In this document: positions 6,525 through 13,255 of the stretch, piece by piece | Numbering within the stretch: position 1 is the stretch's first letter | How the letters are laid out: each line of letters starts with the position of its first letter | Assembly (NCBI GenBank): GCA_045805065.1 | Contig: JBJMMA010000088.1 | Coordinates: forward strand, 1 to 13,255 | From: Bdellovibrionia bacterium | GTDB lineage: Bacteria; Bdellovibrionota; UBA1018 | DNA length: 13,255 nt | Direction of reading: 5' to 3' | Notes under the pieces: model-generated | Told to the model about the DNA's origin: nothing | The model's input: only the letters and a program-made list of their open reading frames with translations | Databases searched by the model: none | Made by a program: the position numbers and the translations under genes

Positions 6525-8103
6525 TAAACCGCTGGCAGTTGAGCTCCGTGGCTTGAGTAAGCGCTACGGCGATTGCATATCCAATCGGCACATTGATCTG
6601 AAAGTCGCTGCAGGTAGCATTCATGCCATTATCGGCGAGAACGGCGCCGGTAAATCGACCGCGATGAAAATGCTCTACGGCATGGTGGCGCCTGACTCGG
6701 GCGAGATCCTTGTTCATGGGGTTCGGCGCTGCTGGAGCTCTCCGCATGAGGCGATTGATGCCGGAATCGGAATGGTTCACCAGCATTTCATGCTCGCAGA
6801 GCCTGATACGGTTTTAGAGAATATCCTGGTCGGGGCAGAGCCCGCGTCCTCTTTCTGGAAATGGCTTCCGCGCGCTTTGCGTCCGCTCGATGATACTTCC
6901 GCACGCAAAAAGCTTGAGACAATCTCCACTCAGTACGGGCTGAAAGTGGATCTCGATGCGCGTGTTGAGGATCTTTCGGTCGGAATTCATCAGCGAATTG
7001 AAATCATCAAGCTCGTTTATCGCGATGCCGACATTCTGATTCTGGATGAGCCTACGGCCGTCCTGACGCCACAGGAGACTTCAGAGCTTTTCACGCATCT
7101 GAGAAGACTTCGCGGTGAGGGAAAAACGATTCTGATCATTACACACAAGCTCAAAGAGGTTTTAGAGCTTGCCGATGAAGCCACGGTCTTTCGCGCAGGC
7201 GAGACGGTTGGACATCGAAAAATCTCTGAAACCAACGAAGAGGATCTCGCAAGCCTCATGGTCGGCCGCAAGGTCAATCTCAGGATCAAAGCCACGCATG
7301 CATCCAAAGTGGGTGAGCCGGTTCTTGAGGTCAAGAGTGTCAACCTACGTGCTTCCAACAAGCATGAGCATCATGGAAGGCCTCTTCTCTCGAGTTTGAA
7401 TTTGTCGGTGCGCTCCGGCGAAATTGTCGGCATAGCCGGCGTAGAAGGCAATGGACAGAGCGAGCTTTTACAGATGCTTCTGCATCCGCATGATTATCGT
7501 CGCAGAGCTTCAGGTGAGATCCGGGTGCTCGGGCAGACTGTGTTTGGAGATAGCGCCGCGCTTTCCACGGATGCGATCAAAAGTCTTGGGGTAGGAGCCA
7601 TTCCTGAGGATCGTCACCGGGATGGTTTGCTTCTTAATCGCCCGATTGCTGAAAGTTTTCTGCTTGGGCTTCAAAGACATTCTCCTTATTCGCATTCTGG
7701 CGTGATTTCAGAGAGCGTGCTTCGTGAAAAGATTTTCAAGGCCATCGAAGAGTACGATGTTCGTCCAAGGACATTGGATATTGAGGCGCGAGGTCTCTCG
7801 GGCGGAAACCAGCAAAAGCTCATCATCGCGCGCGAGCTTCAAAGGGATCCTAAATTTCTCATCGCCGCGCAACCTACACGTGGCGTGGATGTGGGCGCCA
7901 TTGAGTTTATCCATGGAAAGATTCTGGATGCACGCTCGCGTGGCGCGGGTGTTCTTTTGGTTTCTTCCGAACTCGATGAGGTGATGTCTCTCTCAGACCG
8001 TATTTTGGTCATGTTTGACGGGAAGATCGTTGCCGAGTTTGCGCATGATCAGGCGGATGAAAAAACCTTGGGTCGCTTTATGGGTGGCGGGGGAGCTGTA
8101 TGA
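6505..8103 (+). CDS. CUT2-type ABC ATPase with two NBDs (NupA/YufO-like)
   Basis: ATG 6505 overlaps the BMP gene end. Walker A GENGAGKST, LSVG, ILILDEPT, ITHKL. Second domain has GVEGNGQSEL, LSGGNQQK, QPTRGVDVGA, VSSELDE. Confidence 0.95.
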   Translation: MQPNPTDKPLAVELRGLSKRYGDCISNRHIDLKVAAGSIHAIIGENGAGKSTAMKMLYGMVAPDSGEILVHGVRRCWSSPHEAIDAGIGMVHQHFMLAEPDTVLENILVGAEPASSFWKWLPRALRPLDDTSARKKLETISTQYGLKVDLDARVEDLSVGIHQRIEIIKLVYRDADILILDEPTAVLTPQETSELFTHLRRLRGEGKTILIITHKLKEVLELADEATVFRAGETVGHRKISETNEEDLASLMVGRKVNLRIKATHASKVGEPVLEVKSVNLRASNKHEHHGRPLLSSLNLSVRSGEIVGIAGVEGNGQSELLQMLLHPHDYRRRASGEIRVLGQTVFGDSAALSTDAIKSLGVGAIPEDRHRDGLLLNRPIAESFLLGLQRHSPYSHSGVISESVLREKIFKAIEEYDVRPRTLDIEARGLSGGNQQKLIIARELQRDPKFLIAAQPTRGVDVGAIEFIHGKILDARSRGAGVLLVSSELDEVMSLSDRILVMFDGKIVAEFAHDQADEKTLGRFMGGGGAV

Positions 8104-9137
8104 AGCTTGTGCGATACTTTCAGCCGATTCTCGCGATCCTGGCAGGCCTTGCCCTGGGCTTGATCGTGACGACGTTTGCAGGCGAAAGCCCACTGCATGT
8201 TTTGCATGTTCTGGCTGAGGGCGCTTTTGGCTCAGGCTATGACTTCGGCATGACGCTTTTCTACGCAACGCCTCTCGTCTTTACGGGGCTTTCGGTAGCC
8301 TTGGGTCTTCAGGCAGGGCTCTTTAATGTAGGCGCCGAAGGGCAGATGCTCATGGGAGCCATGGCCGCAGCCGCTACTGGGATTCTCCTTCCTAATGTCC
8401 CCTGGCCGTTGGCGCCACTTCTTGCGCTCCTGGCTGCGTTTCTTGCCGGTGGCGTGTGGGGCGCGATTCCAGGCTGGCTCAGAGCCCGTCGCGGAAGCCA
8501 TGAAGTCATCAATACGATCATGCTCAATTTCGTTGCAGCAGGTCTGACGAGCTGGATGACACTTTACTTGTTTAAAAATCCTGACTCTCAGAGTCCTGAG
8601 ACGCGTGCGATCGGAAACGGCTACATGCTGAGCCATCTCTCTCTTTTCGGAGATGCACCAGTCAGCAGCGCGCTCTTCATTGCAATCGGGGTGGTGGGAC
8701 TTGTCTGGTTCTTCATGAAAAAGACGGTCTTAGGTTATGAACTTCAGGCGGTCGGGACTAATGAGAATGCCGCGCGAGCCGGAGGGATTTCTCCCGGAAA
8801 AATGCGCATCCTTGCCATGACTTTGGCCGGGGGCCTTGCGGGATTGGTTGCAAGTAGTGAGATCCTGGGAAGCTCTTACCGCTTTAAGATGGGTTTTTCG
8901 CCAGGATTTGGCTTTATCGGAATCGCGGTCGCGCTCCTGGGGCGTGGCCGCCCGGTCGGAATCTTTTTTGCCGCGATTCTCTTCGGGGCACTTCACAAAG
9001 GATCACTCGATCTGGATCTTGAAACCGAGTTCGTCAGCCAGGAGCTTTCACAAATCCTTCAAGCTTTCATCATTCTTGCGGTTTCGGCTGAAGGATTCTG
9101 GAGCTGGATGCTTGAAAAGAAGGGGGCCAGGTCATGA
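8100..9137 (+). CDS. Nucleoside ABC transporter permease 1 (NupB/YufP-like)
   Basis: ATGA overlap with the ATPase. ATPLVFTGL, GLFNVGAEGQ, EVINTIMLNF, GYELQAVGTNENAARAGGI, GFIGIAVALLG, with multiple TM segments. Confidence 0.93.
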   Translation: MKLVRYFQPILAILAGLALGLIVTTFAGESPLHVLHVLAEGAFGSGYDFGMTLFYATPLVFTGLSVALGLQAGLFNVGAEGQMLMGAMAAAATGILLPNVPWPLAPLLALLAAFLAGGVWGAIPGWLRARRGSHEVINTIMLNFVAAGLTSWMTLYLFKNPDSQSPETRAIGNGYMLSHLSLFGDAPVSSALFIAIGVVGLVWFFMKKTVLGYELQAVGTNENAARAGGISPGKMRILAMTLAGGLAGLVASSEILGSSYRFKMGFSPGFGFIGIAVALLGRGRPVGIFFAAILFGALHKGSLDLDLETEFVSQELSQILQAFIILAVSAEGFWSWMLEKKGARS

Positions 9138-10027
9138 GCTTTCCCAATCACAGCATGATTTTTGAGGCGGGGTACTCGATTCTTCGCGGATCAACGCCGC
9201 TGCTCTTTGCCGCGCTGGGAGGCTTTGTCTGCGAGCGCTCGGGCGTGATTAATATCGCGCTTGAGGGTCTGATGCTGATTGGCTCTTTTGCGGCAGCATC
9301 CGCAGCCTATGCAACGGGAAGTCCTTGGCTGGGTCTCGTTGCGGGCATTCTGGCGGGCGTTGCGCTTGCGGCGATCTATGCGGTTTCCGTGATCCCAATG
9401 CGTGCCAATCAGATTGTAGCAGGCACTGCGATCAATCTTTTGGCGGCGGGGGCTGCCCCGTTTCTTTGCAAAATATTCTTCAGCTCAGGTCGTTCCACGC
9501 CAAGTCTTGAGATTGGGGCCCGTTTTCAGTCGGCTCCAATGTGGATTGCTCTGGCCTTTGTGGTCCTGGCAGCTCTTTGGAGCAGGTACACGCCATCGGG
9601 ACTTTGGGTGCGCTTCGCGGGTGAAAACCCGGAAGCCCTGGCAGCAGCAGGAGTCCGGGTGAATCGCGTCCGCTGGTTCGCGGTTTTGATGAGTGGCGCG
9701 CTCTCGGGCCTGGGCGGAGCTTCTCTTTCAATTTTTCTCGCCTCATCATTTTCTCAAAACATGACAGCAGGCCGCGGCTTTATGGCTCTGGCTGCCTTGA
9801 TTTTTGGAAAGTGGCGTCCCATTCCTGCAGCTGTGGCTTGTCTACTTTTCGGCTTTACCGATGCCTTGCAGATCCGCCTTCAGGGTGTGGTGCTTTGGGG
9901 GAGTGAGCCTGTGCCGGTTCAGTTCATCCAGATTCTTCCCTATATCGTGACCGTGTTGGTCCTTGCAGGCTTTGTCGGGCAGTCGCGCGCGCCAAAATCC
10001 CTTGGCTTGCCGTATCGCCAAGGCTGA
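9134..10027 (+). CDS. Nucleoside ABC transporter permease 2 (NupC/YufQ-like)
   Basis: ATGA overlap. TPLLFAALGG, ERSGVINIALEG, GENPEALAAAGV, AGRGFMALAALIFGKWRP, LPYIVT, APKSLGLPY. Confidence 0.93.
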   Translation: MSFPNHSMIFEAGYSILRGSTPLLFAALGGFVCERSGVINIALEGLMLIGSFAAASAAYATGSPWLGLVAGILAGVALAAIYAVSVIPMRANQIVAGTAINLLAAGAAPFLCKIFFSSGRSTPSLEIGARFQSAPMWIALAFVVLAALWSRYTPSGLWVRFAGENPEALAAAGVRVNRVRWFAVLMSGALSGLGGASLSIFLASSFSQNMTAGRGFMALAALIFGKWRPIPAAVACLLFGFTDALQIRLQGVVLWGSEPVPVQFIQILPYIVTVLVLAGFVGQSRAPKSLGLPYRQG

Positions 10028-10035
10028 CCTACACT
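10007..10035 (+). promoter_or_regulatory. Sigma70 promoter embedded in the permease 3' end, probably leaderless
   Basis: TTGCCG (10007-10012), 17 nt, TACACT (10030-10035), 6 nt, ATG 10042. Confidence 0.7.
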
Positions 10036-10041
10036 GGAATT

Positions 10042-10836
10042 ATGAAATATATTTCTCGGTTTCTCGGGACGTCGGCGGCGCTCCTGGCTTCTGGACTTTT
10101 TGCTCAATCTGCTTACGCTTTGAACAGCTATAGCGTCAGCAATCTGTCTGCGTTGACTGATACGATGGTGCATGACCTCCTCAGCACGGTTGCAGTGGGA
10201 ACTTCACATCATGCTTACACTCCCGCAAGCGCGATGAGTTGGGCCATCGGGATCGATATCGGGGTCGAAGCCACTGGCGTCAAGCTTCCCAGTAGTTTCC
10301 GTGATACGATCGGATCCATCTCGCAGGTCAATCCCGGCAATGTCCCCCTGATCATTCCCGTCCCGAAGTTGAATCTTCACAAGGGCCTGCCCTTTGGCCT
10401 TGAAGCGGGTCTGAGCTACATCGGATATCAGGATAAGGCCAAAGTCCTGGGTGGGGATGTGAAGTGGGCTTTCACCGATCTCATCAAAGCTTCGCCCCTT
10501 TCTGCCGCGATCCGCTTGAACTATACCTCAGAGCAACTCTGGTATTTGAAGAGCCATAATTTTCAAACCGATTTTCTGATTTCAAAGAACCTCTTCGTCA
10601 TTGAGCCTTACGTGGGCGCGGGGCTTCAGTTCTGGTCCGGACATATTGAAGTGCCGACCGGCCTGCCTGCCAACTCGGGTCTTCCAGCCAGCGTTTCTGC
10701 AGATGCTTCGGGCACGAATGCTCACATTTTTGCGGGCGCTCCTTTGAAGCTCGGCTTGTTCTGGTTTACGCCTGAAGCGGATTATAGCACGGCTAAAGTC
10801 GTCAGTTTTGGAACGAAGTTCAGCTTTAATTTCTAA
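10042..10836 (+). CDS. Putative outer-membrane beta-barrel protein (possibly DUF6588-like)
   Basis: Signal peptide ending AYA, alternating amphipathic strands (IDIGVEATG, PKLNLHKGLPFGLEAG, EPYVGAGLQF), and C-terminal beta-signal GTKFSFNF with terminal Phe. The DUF assignment is from recall only. Confidence 0.75.
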   Translation: MKYISRFLGTSAALLASGLFAQSAYALNSYSVSNLSALTDTMVHDLLSTVAVGTSHHAYTPASAMSWAIGIDIGVEATGVKLPSSFRDTIGSISQVNPGNVPLIIPVPKLNLHKGLPFGLEAGLSYIGYQDKAKVLGGDVKWAFTDLIKASPLSAAIRLNYTSEQLWYLKSHNFQTDFLISKNLFVIEPYVGAGLQFWSGHIEVPTGLPANSGLPASVSADASGTNAHIFAGAPLKLGLFWFTPEADYSTAKVVSFGTKFSFNF

Positions 10837-10853
10837 AGACGGAGAGTGCTCCA

Positions 10854-12526
<1,673 letters not shown>

Positions 12527-12528
12527 GC

Positions 12529-12627
12529 TAGGCGAAAGTACGTGCATTCAGATCACTTCAAGCGGCTGAGTGGCAACGGATCAGAAATTCTGACGAGTGC
12601 TTGCCTAATGAGTGATGAAGCATTTTT
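12529..12627. repeat. Intergenic region with nested inverted repeats; possible terminator or element end
   Basis: TAGGC-ga-AAGTAC (12529-12541) pairs with GTGCTT-GCCTA (12597-12607). Perfect dyad TCAGAA-A-TTCTGA (12581-12593). Alternative stem GTGCTT/AAGCAT (12597-12602/12618-12623) runs into a T tract. Confidence 0.4.
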
Positions 12628-13255
12628 AGTGGTGGAGCATTTGGTGATGCCCACGGCAAATCAGTTTAAGGTTCTCAAAACTTGTCTGCCCGCCTTCCGC
12701 TAATGGCCGTACATGGTGAATATCAAGCCATCTGCGTTCTAAACAACGAGTGCCGTTTGGTGTGACATAACTGCATTGATTTTGGTCTCGGAGTAGGACA
12801 GCTCGTTTGAGTTGAGCTGGGATATATCTAGGATTAACTAGTGCTTTTACCTGTCCCGGAACAGGTTTAGAGGCCTGTTTTACTCTTTGCGGAGAGGTTC
12901 GGCTTTCAAGTCTCTTGGCTTTTTCAACTGGGTCATTCTTTTGAATGTAAAATTCGACTAGTTCTTGCAAAGTTTCTTCAATATCGACGGGCGTTCCAAC
13001 TTGAGATGAAATCATGTTTTGAACTCGTCTCAAGTTTTCTTCGAGCTTCTCAGAGATTCCGACTTTTAGTTCAAGCCGGTTTTCAGAAATGAATCGTGTT
13101 TGTTCCTGAATAATGGTTTTCGGATGCTCTTTAGCGATTTCCTTCTCAAGAACTCTTTTAGATAGAGAGGCCGCCGCAGAAAGCCACCTCTCTTGATTAT
13201 TAGAATTCAAAATAGGCGCAATCATGCGGGCGTTCGAAATTGAAACTTTCTGATC
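12626..13255 (-). CDS. HNH endonuclease, C-terminal part (runs off the right edge)
   Basis: The frame is open upstream of the track's ATG 13225 to the window edge (DQKVSISNAR-MIAPIL...). C-terminal RYIPAQLKRAVLLRDQNQC...RC...LDIHHVRPLAEGGQTSFENLKLICRGHHQMLH is a zinc-coordinated HNH domain of the DUF222/Rv1128c-like architecture. GC is lower than in neighbouring genes. Confidence 0.9.
   Translation of the reverse strand, partial: DQKVSISNARMIAPILNSNNQERWLSAAASLSKRVLEKEIAKEHPKTIIQEQTRFISENRLELKVGISEKLEENLRRVQNMISSQVGTPVDIEETLQELVEFYIQKNDPVEKAKRLESRTSPQRVKQASKPVPGQVKALVNPRYIPAQLKRAVLLRDQNQCSYVTPNGTRCLERRWLDIHHVRPLAEGGQTSFENLKLICRGHHQMLHH

Noticed and set aside
12533..12607. Type II hammerhead ribozyme (CGAAA at 12533, UUC at 12547, CUGACGA at 12590)
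   Set aside because: The core words are in the right order, but stems I, II and III give only 2-3 pairs next to the core. An Infernal search with hammerhead models would settle it.
13252..13255. Window ends exactly in GATC (Sau3AI/MboI site)
   Set aside because: GATC is frequent throughout the window and the left end lacks it, so this is probably coincidence.

Overview
A gene-dense bacterial chromosomal fragment, roughly 50-55% GC by eye. The gene families present suggest Bdellovibrionota/Oligoflexia (inference, not tested). Left to right: the 5' part of a MutS2-like gene (minus strand, truncated, missing from the ORF track); a divergent SprT-family zinc metalloprotease; a convergent ADP-ribose-pyrophosphatase-like NUDIX hydrolase; an operon of a small exported Cys-pair protein, a CusR-like OmpR-family regulator and a HAMP histidine kinase; a 73-aa membrane protein preceded by three 11-bp-phased direct repeats; a degenerate sigma54-activator-like AAA+/Fis-HTH protein with no GAFTGA loop; a four-gene BMP/Nup-type nucleoside ABC transporter; an operon of an outer-membrane beta-barrel, a DUF4214-like lipoprotein and kce; and a truncated low-GC HNH endonuclease gene. 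The strongest non-coding signals are repeated -10 hexamer-N6/7-ATG (leaderless) promoters, a probable OmpR-type operator that identifies the likely target of the two-component system, and a TTGTCAA core that reads as a -35 box on both strands. No CRISPR array, tRNA, rRNA or transposase was seen. I found no clear-cut novel system. The best candidates are the exported protein/two-component/small membrane protein circuit, the adjacent pseudo-activator and the HNH element with its structured 3' flank.
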